64,000 nt of DNA from a virus (Duplodnaviria > Caudoviricetes), in the IMG/VR virus record IMGVR_UViG_3300048598_000287, positions 128,001 through 192,000 of that record. One strand, written 5' to 3'. This document shows, one piece after another, positions 8,913 through 19,172 of the stretch (the stretch's first letter is position 1; each line of letters opens with the position of its first letter). The notes below the pieces were generated by a model, which searched no databases, was not told the DNA's origin, and saw nothing but the letters and a program-made list of their open reading frames with translations. Both the position numbers and the translations under genes were made by a program.

Positions 8913-10562
8913 TTAATTTGACGCTTCAACCATTGCGCCAAGCTTGTGCTGTTCCTGCATTGCCTCTGGTGACTTTATGTAATCTATCGCATCCACATAT
9001 TTAGCCCTCATGTCATCGGTAAGACGTAGCTGCTCCTGCTCGGTAAGTATTTCGATTTCCTCATAATTACCATAATAGAACGTAGACTGCAGATAATATA
9101 TAGCCCAGTATAGCGCGGTCACGTGGTCATCATGCATTCCTCCGCTACCTCCCCATACATTGCTAGTCTTCTGCGTGAACGACATTAGTTCCATTATCGT
9201 CAATTTATCTTTTACCTGGATATATCCTCTCTGGACATACATTTTGAGAAGAACGACGACCTTGCTCTTCATAGTAGGCGTGGCCCAAAGCCCGCGGCAC
9301 ATATTATCAAAATTGATTATATTAGGATATTGGGCGACGGTAAAGAAATAGTTATACGCGCAGCTTCCCGGACCGTTGTATTCTATTATGAGATATGGAA
9401 ACTGATAAAAGCGCAACATGATGTTAGCTATATGGCAAAAGTCATTTATGCTTACCGTGTTGGAAGACATGGTAAATACCTGTTCGCATTTAATATTGCT
9501 TTTCGCGAGAAGTATGTGCAAAACATGAGAATCCTTTCGTATTCCGAACCCGGTATCAATAGATGCGACATATGAATATCCCCGCGATTCGACATTTTTC
9601 TCCGGCCATTTGAAGACGCGCATTGATATGTCGTTCGTTATTGACTTTAGATTCTCCGGCCATATAGATCCGTCAAACTTAAGAGGTTCCATCGCCTTAA
9701 GCTTTTCCAGACATCGGTAATCGATGAGCGTGATGCTGGATCCTATGAATTCGCATTCATATTCCTGGCGGAATCTCTGATCTCCGACCTTTTCTCGTTC
9801 TGCTGCTGCCCATTCTTCAGTATGGCTAGGCACCTGATTCCATATCACCGTGGATTTAATGTATCGGTTCTTTGCGCCATCCTTTTCGGCAACCTCTTCA
9901 TCGATGGCCTTGCACCACATGTCATAAAAATGGTTCATTCCCTTTGGGGTGGACGTTATGATACAACGGGTCGTGTTTCCGGACGATATGGCGGGAAACA
10001 CCGATGCCATGAATTCCTCGGCGAGGCCAGACCGTAGAATGGCGAACTCGTCAAGATATAGAAGATTGATAGCGAATCCGCGGATGTTATCCGGAGAGGA
10101 TGAGGATACTATTATTCTGCTGTTGTTTGACAGTTGAATGGATGTTTTGTTCCATAGTTTAACTCCGGGTTGAAGCCACATAGGGAGCTTACTATATGAG
10201 TCACGGAGCTGCTGCATCTGTTCCTTGGCAAGGGAAAGTTTGTTTCCTATCATGGCGACAAGCTGATCCTTATGGAAAATAACCCACCATAGGATAAATC
10301 CGCGCACTACGGTGGATTTTCCTACCTGTCTTGACCATTTGTTTATGTTGAACCTATATTTCAAGAACCTACGTATCGCACGTTCTTGAAAATCATATAG
10401 GGCGAATAGCTGAGATCCATGGTCCAGCGTATTTATATACACATAATGCCGGATGAAATATATCGGGTCAAGGGCGCATTTCTTAAGCTCCTTTAGCTGA
10501 GTCATGGTGACTCTGACAGGTTCGTTCGCGTCCCGTAATCCTAATATTCCGTTAAATGCCAT
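8913..10562 (-). CDS. terL: Terminase large subunit (T4 gp17-like)
   Basis: DPIYF, Walker A SRQVGKS, Walker B LLYLDEFA, ITSTPKG, FRQEYECEF, HDDHV nuclease motif. Confidence 0.95.
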   Translation of the reverse strand: MAFNGILGLRDANEPVRVTMTQLKELKKCALDPIYFIRHYVYINTLDHGSQLFALYDFQERAIRRFLKYRFNINKWSRQVGKSTVVRGFILWWVIFHKDQLVAMIGNKLSLAKEQMQQLRDSYSKLPMWLQPGVKLWNKTSIQLSNNSRIIVSSSSPDNIRGFAINLLYLDEFAILRSGLAEEFMASVFPAISSGNTTRCIITSTPKGMNHFYDMWCKAIDEEVAEKDGAKNRYIKSTVIWNQVPSHTEEWAAAEREKVGDQRFRQEYECEFIGSSITLIDYRCLEKLKAMEPLKFDGSIWPENLKSITNDISMRVFKWPEKNVESRGYSYVASIDTGFGIRKDSHVLHILLAKSNIKCEQVFTMSSNTVSINDFCHIANIMLRFYQFPYLIIEYNGPGSCAYNYFFTVAQYPNIINFDNMCRGLWATPTMKSKVVVLLKMYVQRGYIQVKDKLTIMELMSFTQKTSNVWGGSGGMHDDHVTALYWAIYYLQSTFYYGNYEEIEILTEQEQLRLTDDMRAKYVDAIDYIKSPEAMQEQHKLGAMVEASN

Positions 10563-10564
10563 TA

Positions 10565-12196
10565 CTATTTACCTAATATGTATTTGTTATATTCAGCTTG
10601 CGTCATGTTATGCGCAGCCAGAGTTCCGTTATGCAACTTATTAAGACGGCGTCTTTCATCCGCCTTCTGTTGCAGTGCGGATATTTCATTGTGTGAACAC
10701 TGGAATGCGTAATCAGCATCTTCCGGAGAAAGTTTTTCCTTCTCTCCTGTAGTCGGATCCTTATACCACCCTCTCACCAGCATCCCCTTGACCGAATCAT
10801 CTCCCGAATTATACCATTTAGTTATAGTATCCTTCCCGAAAGACTTTACAGATGCCTGTGCCGATTCGGATGATGCATCATTGGATTTGCCTGGATTTCC
10901 TACCGATTTTCCTGCGACCGCATTAGCTGACGATGCTGTTAATTCGTTACCATAATCCTGCTGCCCATGAGTAATATCGTCGCCTCCAACTGAACCCAAT
11001 TCGCCCAATCTTGACTGACCTCTGGTATTAGGATTCATCGCCCGTTCGGCATATATTTTCCTGTCTTCCGGAACCATCAGGAAAGCCGGGGCCGGCATAT
11101 ATTTCATATATTCACTGTTTGGATCAGATAGCATCTTTTTAAGAAGCGCCTTCCCGTTTTCATTCACTGGATTATAATTTAGATCAAGACCGGTGTTAGC
11201 CGAAAAATATTTTCCGAACAATTGTTTGTCTGTTATGGTTGAGTTTCTGTCAAATCCCATGCTTGCATAATATTTATCTTTATCGATAACTTTTCCTGAC
11301 TTATCCTCTCCTTCCATTCCTAGCTGCGTGGAACTTTTTGACGCAAGCGTGGATGCGTCACTGATTCTAAGCTTAGCGGCAAAATCAGGAAGGAAATAAG
11401 TAGTGTAATAATATGATTTAAATTCTTCAAGCATTTCTTGTTTGGCTTTTTCCGTGTTTATATAAAACAGATCGGAATGTTCATCCCAGTACGTTTCGAA
11501 CTTTTTCATGAACTCATCGTTAGCCTTCTTGTTTATTACCGTCTTTCCCTGAGAATCCATGCCAATTGAATAATTAAAATATTCCTTTGGGTGAGATTTG
11601 GCCAGCACAGGATCCGTTATGTTAAGCTCGGAATCAAACCCGTAATTATTCTGCAAAGACTCCTGGGAATCTCGGGAGCCAACTCCGGACGCCCCGAAAT
11701 TTATGGGAAACTGCGTTGCAATCGCGTCCAATTTATCAAGAAGCGTTCCGGACGTAGCATTCATTATTCCGATGGCTTTATCAGCCGATGAAGAGATACT
11801 GGCACTTCCAGGAAAATTTTTCGCCACTTTATTGCTTATTGCATTTTGCGCGGTCTCCATTGCTGCCTGTTCTTCGGCCGCCTTTCCATATTCTTCATGC
11901 ATTTTATAAATTCCCCTGGCCACATCAACTAATCCCCATGCGATAGACGCTATATATAACACGGCTCCAATTCCAGGCACTCCGATCACGGCGCTTTTCT
12001 TTCCTATGAAGCAGCCGAGAACCATCAGTCCGACGCCCATTCCCATATTAAGCACACCGTCTGCGCTTTCCAGTTCAGGTGACGAATATATTTCCTTATG
12101 CAGGCTAATTATCGTGCCAACTGAATCTGGATCAAGCCCGTAAATATCTTTAAGGGAATTTTCGAACAGTATGTATTTTTCATTGTTTGATAACAT
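10565..12196 (-). CDS. Leader-tagged protein with two predicted transmembrane helices
   Basis: LFENSLKDIYGL..TIISLHKEIY..LESA followed by a Gly-rich hydrophobic hairpin. Confidence 0.7.
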   Translation of the reverse strand: MLSNNEKYILFENSLKDIYGLDPDSVGTIISLHKEIYSSPELESADGVLNMGMGVGLMVLGCFIGKKSAVIGVPGIGAVLYIASIAWGLVDVARGIYKMHEEYGKAAEEQAAMETAQNAISNKVAKNFPGSASISSSADKAIGIMNATSGTLLDKLDAIATQFPINFGASGVGSRDSQESLQNNYGFDSELNITDPVLAKSHPKEYFNYSIGMDSQGKTVINKKANDEFMKKFETYWDEHSDLFYINTEKAKQEMLEEFKSYYYTTYFLPDFAAKLRISDASTLASKSSTQLGMEGEDKSGKVIDKDKYYASMGFDRNSTITDKQLFGKYFSANTGLDLNYNPVNENGKALLKKMLSDPNSEYMKYMPAPAFLMVPEDRKIYAERAMNPNTRGQSRLGELGSVGGDDITHGQQDYGNELTASSANAVAGKSVGNPGKSNDASSESAQASVKSFGKDTITKWYNSGDDSVKGMLVRGWYKDPTTGEKEKLSPEDADYAFQCSHNEISALQQKADERRRLNKLHNGTLAAHNMTQAEYNKYILGK

Positions 12197-13298
12197 TATT
12201 CACCCCTCCTTTAAGGCTTAGCACGTATTTCACGAATTCTGCTATGACGGTGGCGGAAACTCCAGTATTTTTTAACTTTCCATCAATTACGCCATATAAT
12301 ACATCCGCGGTTGATTTGACCTCTTCTGAAGCACCAGGAATCACGGAAGACAATGCAGCGGCGGCTTCCTGTGATAATCCTGACGATTTTCCTATTGTTC
12401 CCAGATGCAGCCATCTTGTTCCAACATATAGGCCTTGCCCGAATCCGCTGAATTCAGCATCGGGAGCATTTTTCATTTCTTCCGGAAGACTAACCGAGGT
12501 GTCATTCATTTTAAGAAGTTTGCTTCCGGCGCATTCTCCAACAAAAGAATTGAATTCCTTCACGCCGTTTTCATCATGGCACCACATGGCTGGGCAAAGC
12601 TTACCGGTCACATTATAATGCATGTATATGTTTTTTTCATCGATGGAATATTTATCCATAAGCCATCGTACCAGTTTCTTTGTGTTTTCTTTCACTGCAT
12701 CGGTGAAATTCCAGTCATGTTCTTCCGGCTGTGGATGATCCACCTTTTTGGTTTTAGAACTACACATTTCTATCGATATTGAATTTTTATTCATTATTTT
12801 TCCATACATCGCTGCAAATCCGGATGCTTTCGGATTAGCCATCGTTTGCTTCTCAGATCCCACGGCCATGGCTTCCATATTGGCGGGATCAGGATTATAT
12901 TGATAAATCTCACTGTCATCGACGATAAAATCAGCGGCAGTATGCTGAAGTTCTCCATTTTTATCATTAGGGCTTCCTTTTGCGAAAAATCCAGCGACAG
13001 ACAACGCTGCACCGCTTCCTGATGACTGACTTGCCGTGTAATGAAGAACTATATATGATATTTTCCTGTTTGGCGCCGAAATTATTCCACTTGCTGATTT
13101 GTCTGAATTTACCTTAACATTGAATTCATCCCCAGATGATGCCATTTTATTGTTTTCATTCTTATCGGATCCGGAAGCGGTTTTATTATCATCGTCTGAA
13201 GCCTCCATAAGAGATCGATAGATCGATACAATGGCAGATTTACGTATTCCATCTATTGATGGATTATTTTCAATCGATTCTACGAAGATGTCTTTCAT
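12180..13298 (-). CDS. N-acetylmuramoyl-L-alanine amidase (Amidase_2) with the shared leader
   Basis: YIVLHYTA, SISIEMC and HYNVTGKLCP zinc-ligand/catalytic motifs. Confidence 0.85.
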   Translation of the reverse strand: MKDIFVESIENNPSIDGIRKSAIVSIYRSLMEASDDDNKTASGSDKNENNKMASSGDEFNVKVNSDKSASGIISAPNRKISYIVLHYTASQSSGSGAALSVAGFFAKGSPNDKNGELQHTAADFIVDDSEIYQYNPDPANMEAMAVGSEKQTMANPKASGFAAMYGKIMNKNSISIEMCSSKTKKVDHPQPEEHDWNFTDAVKENTKKLVRWLMDKYSIDEKNIYMHYNVTGKLCPAMWCHDENGVKEFNSFVGECAGSKLLKMNDTSVSLPEEMKNAPDAEFSGFGQGLYVGTRWLHLGTIGKSSGLSQEAAAALSSVIPGASEEVKSTADVLYGVIDGKLKNTGVSATVIAEFVKYVLSLKGGVNNVIKQ

Positions 13299-13325
13299 GT
13301 GTGCGTTTATAGATATTTCAATAAC

Positions 13326-13384
13326 TAGTTTATATAAGATTTGAGGGATGCTGAAGTTTTCTTCTGCGAATCTTATATAAACTA
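13326..13384. promoter_or_regulatory. Divergent pair of late promoters
   Basis: TAGTTTATA at 13326-13334 and TATAAACTA at 13376-13384, between divergent genes. Confidence 0.7.
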
Positions 13385-13415
13385 CTTATGTAAACATGCA
13401 TTATAGGAACGAAAT

Positions 13416-14126
13416 ATGGACATGTTCAATTTGCCTACAGAAAAAGAACTTCTTGGAGAGGTGAAAGCACATCTGGAATCCAAGAAGCCAGTGAAAACCC
13501 TAGACGCCAATGATGTATTCCCATTCTGGAACGCGTCATCCGTCACTAACAGCGTGGACGAGATGCGCAAGCCAGGAAGAATGACCGTCATGAAAAATGA
13601 TAAGGTGGGATCGATAGGCCCAGTAAAGCAATCGTCTCTGGAACGCATCAAAGGCCATAAGACTACGGTAAGTGAAGCCAAAAAAGAGCCGGAAGTCAAG
13701 ATGGAAGGAACGTCGGGAACCCCGAAGTTCAAACCGGTTGTGGTTAATACCGACACTATCTATACGATTAAGGGATCTCCAGTCGGATCGATTAAACCGA
13801 TAAAGGCAGGCGAGTCCATATCGGCTAATGAAATGAAGACAATCATACGAAGCATTAAGGAAAATCGCATGCCTGACCGTGTAGGTATAGTTAAGCCACA
13901 GAAATCGCCTACTCTAAAGATTGGCGGAAAAAATGATTTCGGCGTCGTTACGAGTTCAAAGCCATTGAAAAATCCGGATCCAAAGGCATATGCGAAATAT
14001 GTCACAAAGGACCTTAAAAACAAAACGGATGAAAAATTGGTTGAACTAGGTAAGCCGGAATATCTCAAAGCTCCTAGCAAGGCCTCTGCCGACAGTCTTG
14101 TCGGATCGATAAAGACAAAGAAGTGA
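13416..14126 (+). CDS. Lys/Pro-rich basic late protein
   Basis: AGGA SD, late promoter, repeated VGSIxPxK-like segments. Confidence 0.7.
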   Translation: MDMFNLPTEKELLGEVKAHLESKKPVKTLDANDVFPFWNASSVTNSVDEMRKPGRMTVMKNDKVGSIGPVKQSSLERIKGHKTTVSEAKKEPEVKMEGTSGTPKFKPVVVNTDTIYTIKGSPVGSIKPIKAGESISANEMKTIIRSIKENRMPDRVGIVKPQKSPTLKIGGKNDFGVVTSSKPLKNPDPKAYAKYVTKDLKNKTDEKLVELGKPEYLKAPSKASADSLVGSIKTKK

Positions 14127-14130
14127 ACAT

Positions 14131-14856
14131 ATGGCAGAATCGTCTTCACAGGCGTTTCCCACAACCAGGGAACTTAACCGCAATCTATGCAGGAACCCGG
14201 TGCCGGTGCACCAGGGATTCATTCGTTGCCGGATCGGAGATCTTCCCGTATCATATGATCCGAATTATGATGGGAAACATCCTGTGGATGACGTTACCAA
14301 AGCTCACACTGCACCTGCGCCAGAGGTCATTAATGCCAACATACAGTCATTCACTTTTCCTGGACTGGGATTATCGTATGCCGGAGAATATCATTATAAG
14401 TTCAGAACATTAATTCCTACCACAGAAGATAATGAATATTTGTACGACACGATAAGTGTGACAATGCTTGCCGACGATTACTATGAAAATTACTGGGCGA
14501 TAAACCGATATATGGAAACCATACAGAGTGGACAGACGGACGCGTATCCAATTCTTGATCATAATCATAGGGTATATGGATATAACCATCGGTACAGAAA
14601 CCGCCTCATGTGGATACCTTATATCGAATTCCATTTGGGTGATGACAGGGCACAGCAACACATGATAATCAGATATTACCGGTGTTCTCCGACATCACTC
14701 AGTTCACTTACCATAACTCCGGGAAGTGTTTCACCGGTGACGTTCTCGTTATCATTTAAATATCAGATAAGAAAGATCATACGCCTGCCTGATCCGAATA
14801 GCATACTGTCCGCCATATGTGTCGTCACTGGCGGGGAAACAAGTAATTCATATTAG
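14131..14856 (+). CDS. Tail tube terminator / tube-fold protein (gp3-like)
   Basis: NIQSFTFPG..YDTISVTMLADDYYENY..PTSLSSL..SFKY. Confidence 0.6.
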   Translation: MAESSSQAFPTTRELNRNLCRNPVPVHQGFIRCRIGDLPVSYDPNYDGKHPVDDVTKAHTAPAPEVINANIQSFTFPGLGLSYAGEYHYKFRTLIPTTEDNEYLYDTISVTMLADDYYENYWAINRYMETIQSGQTDAYPILDHNHRVYGYNHRYRNRLMWIPYIEFHLGDDRAQQHMIIRYYRCSPTSLSSLTITPGSVSPVTFSLSFKYQIRKIIRLPDPNSILSAICVVTGGETSNSY

Positions 14857-14864
14857 GGGGACAT

Positions 14865-15863
14865 ATGGCAAACACCAGGACTCAGTTCGATAATATACAG
14901 ACAATTTCTCCTATAATGCATGATCCAGATAAACCATCTGATACATATATCGGAAGTTTTCTTAAATATGCGTCCGGATTTACGGCAAACAAGTTTCACA
15001 TAGGATTGCGTGGAGAATACGTAGAAAAGGCACTCACTATAATGCAGAGAAATGCATCCACTGATAAATATACATCTGCGCCGAATCTTTTTCATCAGAC
15101 CGCCCAATTAAAAAGAGAATTCGGCGAATGGGTGAAATTTCATTGGAATAACAATGACCGGATGTTAAATATGTACTGGAATTGTGAATCGGTCACCCTT
15201 CCGGTTCCAACGCTGGACATGCTGACTATGAATTGCATAGATTCCGTAAAGGGCATGACTTTCTCCGTCCCGGGAAAAATTCCTGCTGGAAAGCTTTCAT
15301 TAAAAATCGTTGATAATTCATATCTCATGTGGTTTAATTTTTTCAATGCCCTGTTTAACGCGCAAATTTCGCCACTTGTATTACGTGCAAAATCCGGATT
15401 TCATAAGATTGACATAAATGTAGAGCTATTAGGAGGAAACGCGGCATATAACGATGACAATTCAGTTAAAATAACTGATCTAGACGTCCTCCAGGTATCA
15501 GAATATAATTCCGCGGTGATCATTTCAGCTCCTATAATAAATCCGGATAATTCCAAAGCGGATTTAGCTGGTTTCACCGTTGACTTTAACGTGCCTAACC
15601 CTCTTAATGGAACATTCAAAAGAAGTGATAGAGGAATGATGGACAATACGACGGTGTCATCAACTATGTTAAAGGCTACAAAAACCGGTATGGACTATGA
15701 CCCTGGGTTCTGGGAACGCACCAGAAATAACATGACACAGAATGCATTGAGCTATGAATCATTAAATGCAACGGAAGAAAAGGCATTCAATGAACGTATA
15801 GCTAAAAATGGCAATGGATTTCCATTTAATTCAGCAGATTATGGAAATACATCATTTGATTAA
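14865..15863 (+). CDS. Tail tube initiator-like baseplate protein (gp54/gp48 fold)
   Basis: NKFHI..CESVTLP..tube-fold pattern; position in a late operon. Confidence 0.4.
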   Translation: MANTRTQFDNIQTISPIMHDPDKPSDTYIGSFLKYASGFTANKFHIGLRGEYVEKALTIMQRNASTDKYTSAPNLFHQTAQLKREFGEWVKFHWNNNDRMLNMYWNCESVTLPVPTLDMLTMNCIDSVKGMTFSVPGKIPAGKLSLKIVDNSYLMWFNFFNALFNAQISPLVLRAKSGFHKIDINVELLGGNAAYNDDNSVKITDLDVLQVSEYNSAVIISAPIINPDNSKADLAGFTVDFNVPNPLNGTFKRSDRGMMDNTTVSSTMLKATKTGMDYDPGFWERTRNNMTQNALSYESLNATEEKAFNERIAKNGNGFPFNSADYGNTSFD

Positions 15864-16904
15864 TGTATTTATTTTCTGCTGAAGATTAAGGGTCTTGAAT
15901 TTTCCATATAAAGGAAGTATCCTGGAATAGGCATCATACACCCGAAGATTATTTTTTGTCATGGGTATCTCGGACATAGGAATGTCAGAAATTGCCTTTA
16001 TTCTTTCTGAATATAATTTACGGACATCACATCCATGTTTGCTTATTCCCCAGTAGTCAGACTTCGGAGTCCTTACAAAGCCATCATCTAATTCGCTTAC
16101 ATAGTCAGGATATTCAGTGACCGGCACTGAATTCATGATGCATCGGTCAAACATTCCATTTCTATATCCGAGATAATAATCGACCCGGTTATCCATAAAA
16201 GTCACGTATTCCCGCCGTCTGTTTGTAAGAATATCATAACATTCATCTTTATCGGCTTGATGCACCGATATATTGTTATCGTTAAGTATTTTTTGGCAGA
16301 TTTCATTATAACTTATCGTAGGTCGATACCATTTTTCAACGCCGTCGAAATCTATTTTATTAAGATTGAATTCATAGAGATACCCGTTAAGTGTAAGCTC
16401 GCTGGTTGAAATACCGGACCATCTGGTATTGCTTGTGTTTCGCACAATGCTATCGACGAACCATTTAGGCATGCATTGCTTATACATAGAAATCAATCTT
16501 GTCGGAGAATTTCCTTTATTCTGCAGAATTTCCTGCACTTTGCCATCGTGGTATCCATCGGATGCCGCCTTCCATTCATCCATGTCATCAAAACTAATCT
16601 TGCTAAGCGGGAATTGTATCAGCCCATTCTTGCTAGTCTTAAACGTTATATCATCATATGGAATATACATGTATTCGCAATCAGGAACCTCTTCGAATTT
16701 TAATTCCGGCAGGATTGCCGTTAGTCGTTTCGCATCATCAAGAGAAACATAATCATTATATTTGTCAAGCGGTTCTCCAAGTTTTCCTGTACTGTAAAAC
16801 GATACGTCATTTTCAGGATTCATCGCTATATTATGTGCTTCTATAACGGCGTCTATCGTATATCCTACTACTATTCTCTTTATGTTATGCTCTTTTAATT
16901 CCAT
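15852..16904 (-). CDS. Divergent UDP-galactopyranose mutase-like protein
   Basis: NTRWSGISTSEL, YRPTISYNEICQKIL and RVDYYLGYRNG parallel Glf motifs; the GxGxxG motif is replaced by VGYTIDA. Confidence 0.5.
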   Translation of the reverse strand: MELKEHNIKRIVVGYTIDAVIEAHNIAMNPENDVSFYSTGKLGEPLDKYNDYVSLDDAKRLTAILPELKFEEVPDCEYMYIPYDDITFKTSKNGLIQFPLSKISFDDMDEWKAASDGYHDGKVQEILQNKGNSPTRLISMYKQCMPKWFVDSIVRNTSNTRWSGISTSELTLNGYLYEFNLNKIDFDGVEKWYRPTISYNEICQKILNDNNISVHQADKDECYDILTNRRREYVTFMDNRVDYYLGYRNGMFDRCIMNSVPVTEYPDYVSELDDGFVRTPKSDYWGISKHGCDVRKLYSERIKAISDIPMSEIPMTKNNLRVYDAYSRILPLYGKFKTLNLQQKINTLIK

Positions 16905-16907
16905 GAT

Positions 16908-17360
16908 TCATTTCTCCTTTGACATCGACATAGCTCGGTCAAGACCAATATTTTCCTGTATATACGAAAGAATATGCTTATTAAGCCATTTTACATCAGG
17001 AAGTCCAGTGAATATGTCAAATATCTTTCCATCCGGATCGCAGAATATATGCATTGGCTTGAGGGTAAATCCAAGATCGGTGTACACTTTGCATTTTTCC
17101 GGTTCAGGTTCCACTATTATCTTTACCATGGCGTTAGCGTTATCTAGAAGGCCTTTTTTATAAAACCAGTCGTTAATATCGGAGAGCGACGATTTACAGC
17201 GTGGGCAATCGGAATTCCCGTCATAAAAAATAAACATCCACATCAGTGTTCGGCAGGATGAATAATCTTTATACACCTCGTTTCCAAAATCAAGAAGACG
17301 TTTCGCTAATGGCTTATACAGCCCGACATCTATCTTATCTCCACAGCATAATTTACTCAT
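16908..17360 (-). CDS. Thioredoxin-fold protein
   Basis: FIFY...CPRC motif and PMHIFCDPDGK..FTG. Confidence 0.65.
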   Translation of the reverse strand: MSKLCCGDKIDVGLYKPLAKRLLDFGNEVYKDYSSCRTLMWMFIFYDGNSDCPRCKSSLSDINDWFYKKGLLDNANAMVKIIVEPEPEKCKVYTDLGFTLKPMHIFCDPDGKIFDIFTGLPDVKWLNKHILSYIQENIGLDRAMSMSKEK

Positions 17361-17398
17361 ATTACCGCATACCGTTCACCAAGGTAAAGTATATTTTT

Positions 17399-18709
17399 TC
17401 ATACGCTAGCGTTAATCCGCATGCCGTCCGGGAATTTTATCTTTTTCAGCTCGGCGGACACATCTTTAGGCCGTCCAGTCAGAAGATTAGCGGATCCTAT
17501 TGTGAATATGGAATGGAGGTCTTCATTTCCTGAATCCCTACCATATTCGTCTTTTCCATCCTTTATAAGAACCTTTTCCATGATCACATATTCATCGGAA
17601 TAGATTTCATCAGGAAGCCCGGCATCGTCGATCCTGTCTTTCTGCTTGCTATATACATACACAGACGATCCGACATCCGGACCTACGGTATTGGCAAGAG
17701 AAATAGTCATCTTTTTTCCTAATGTAGCTATGTATCTTCTGCGTATGACCGGAGCTATCTGATACATGTTATGCGTGTTAAGGGGATAGTCGCGTATAAG
17801 ATATGAATTTCCGAAAGAATATCCGGATGGACCGAAACAGTTCTCTATGTCGGATTGATTCGTATATCCTGCCCCCTTAAGCAGTTTGCCGAAACATTCA
17901 TTGTCGCATCGTCCGACATCCGGCTTATTGCCTTCAAAAGATGAGTACACTATGTTTGGAAACAAATCCTGCTTATTTTCGCCGGCATCATTGTATCTTG
18001 ATTCTCTATTGAAAAACCATGCCTTGTAATTAGACGTGCTGTCAAAATAGCTGGAATTTGAGCCGGTCTGATAAGCATCTTTATAATATGTGAACATCTG
18101 ATGAGGATAATATGTCTTTGATGTCCCTATGCTTGAAATTATAAAGTTACATTTATCGGTGGAAAATGTATAATATAGGTAATCTCCTTCCATGAAGGAA
18201 TGCTCCCCTATTTCTCCAAGTGACCCTTCCATAGTGCTCTTTATGCATACCCAGTTCATCTTGTCATTGCTGGAATTTGATGTTATTGTGTTTATCGGTT
18301 CCGGAATGCCGCTGGTTTTCATGATCTGAGTCATCACTTCCGGAGCGGTACCGTATTTCTGTACTGTACGTGTATTGTACATATCAAACGACCCTAGATG
18401 GTACAATACGTTCATATAGTAATTGTTCGTTCCAGGGATAGAAATGATCGGCGGCATGTTATCAACTATGAACGTAAGCGTGGTATCGTTCATGTACTTT
18501 GATCCAGTATGGTTCATTTTCATAAGGCCATATTCACCGCTATGAATTATAAATCCTGGGTCATTGTTGCACATTATCTGAAATGACCCATATGGAACCT
18601 GATTCATTGGTATTTTCATGGTGAATTTTCGTATAGACGCCTGGGTATATTCTCTCCCCATGAGGAATACGTCTATAGTTATGTTGTCTATTGAACTTGT
18701 ATCAAGCAT
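17399..18709 (-). CDS. Probable baseplate hub protein (gp27-like)
   Basis: Size, beta-rich pattern and position after gp48- and gp53-like genes. Confidence 0.35.
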   Translation of the reverse strand: MLDTSSIDNITIDVFLMGREYTQASIRKFTMKIPMNQVPYGSFQIMCNNDPGFIIHSGEYGLMKMNHTGSKYMNDTTLTFIVDNMPPIISIPGTNNYYMNVLYHLGSFDMYNTRTVQKYGTAPEVMTQIMKTSGIPEPINTITSNSSNDKMNWVCIKSTMEGSLGEIGEHSFMEGDYLYYTFSTDKCNFIISSIGTSKTYYPHQMFTYYKDAYQTGSNSSYFDSTSNYKAWFFNRESRYNDAGENKQDLFPNIVYSSFEGNKPDVGRCDNECFGKLLKGAGYTNQSDIENCFGPSGYSFGNSYLIRDYPLNTHNMYQIAPVIRRRYIATLGKKMTISLANTVGPDVGSSVYVYSKQKDRIDDAGLPDEIYSDEYVIMEKVLIKDGKDEYGRDSGNEDLHSIFTIGSANLLTGRPKDVSAELKKIKFPDGMRINASV

Positions 18710-18725
18710 TGGTATCTCCGGTGAA

Positions 18726-19157
18726 TCATTTCATGTTTGGATCGTATTTTTCTATCCAGGTAAGCGCGCCCTGTAATGTAGGAAGAGACAATAGTCTCCC
18801 CTGCGTTACTTCACTGACTACCCCATTAAACAGATTATTATAATGGGTCCAGTATTCGGTAGTTATCTCCAATTCATCCATGGCATTTTTATATTCTGTC
18901 TCAAGCGCAGCATCCCGGTATCCTTTAAGATACAGCTCATTATATACGCTTTCGGATATTATCCGTACAGAATCCCGGCAAGGAAGCGGGTTCCTGATTC
19001 CATTGGCCGCGCATAGCGCCTTGCACATTCGGCTACTTCCAAGAGCACGTCTGGCTATTATGTCAGGCCTTCCCTGTTCATATCCATATACAGTGGTAAA
19101 ATCCTGTACTCCTTCTTTGTCATCTCTAAATCTTGGAAATTCCGATGTAGTTCCCAT
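18726..19157 (-). CDS. Baseplate wedge protein (gp53-like, LysM-type)
   Basis: GRPDIIARRALGS..LCAANGIRNP motif. Confidence 0.6.
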   Translation of the reverse strand: MGTTSEFPRFRDDKEGVQDFTTVYGYEQGRPDIIARRALGSSRMCKALCAANGIRNPLPCRDSVRIISESVYNELYLKGYRDAALETEYKNAMDELEITTEYWTHYNNLFNGVVSEVTQGRLLSLPTLQGALTWIEKYDPNMK

Positions 19158-19172
19158 GGCATCCTCCTATTA

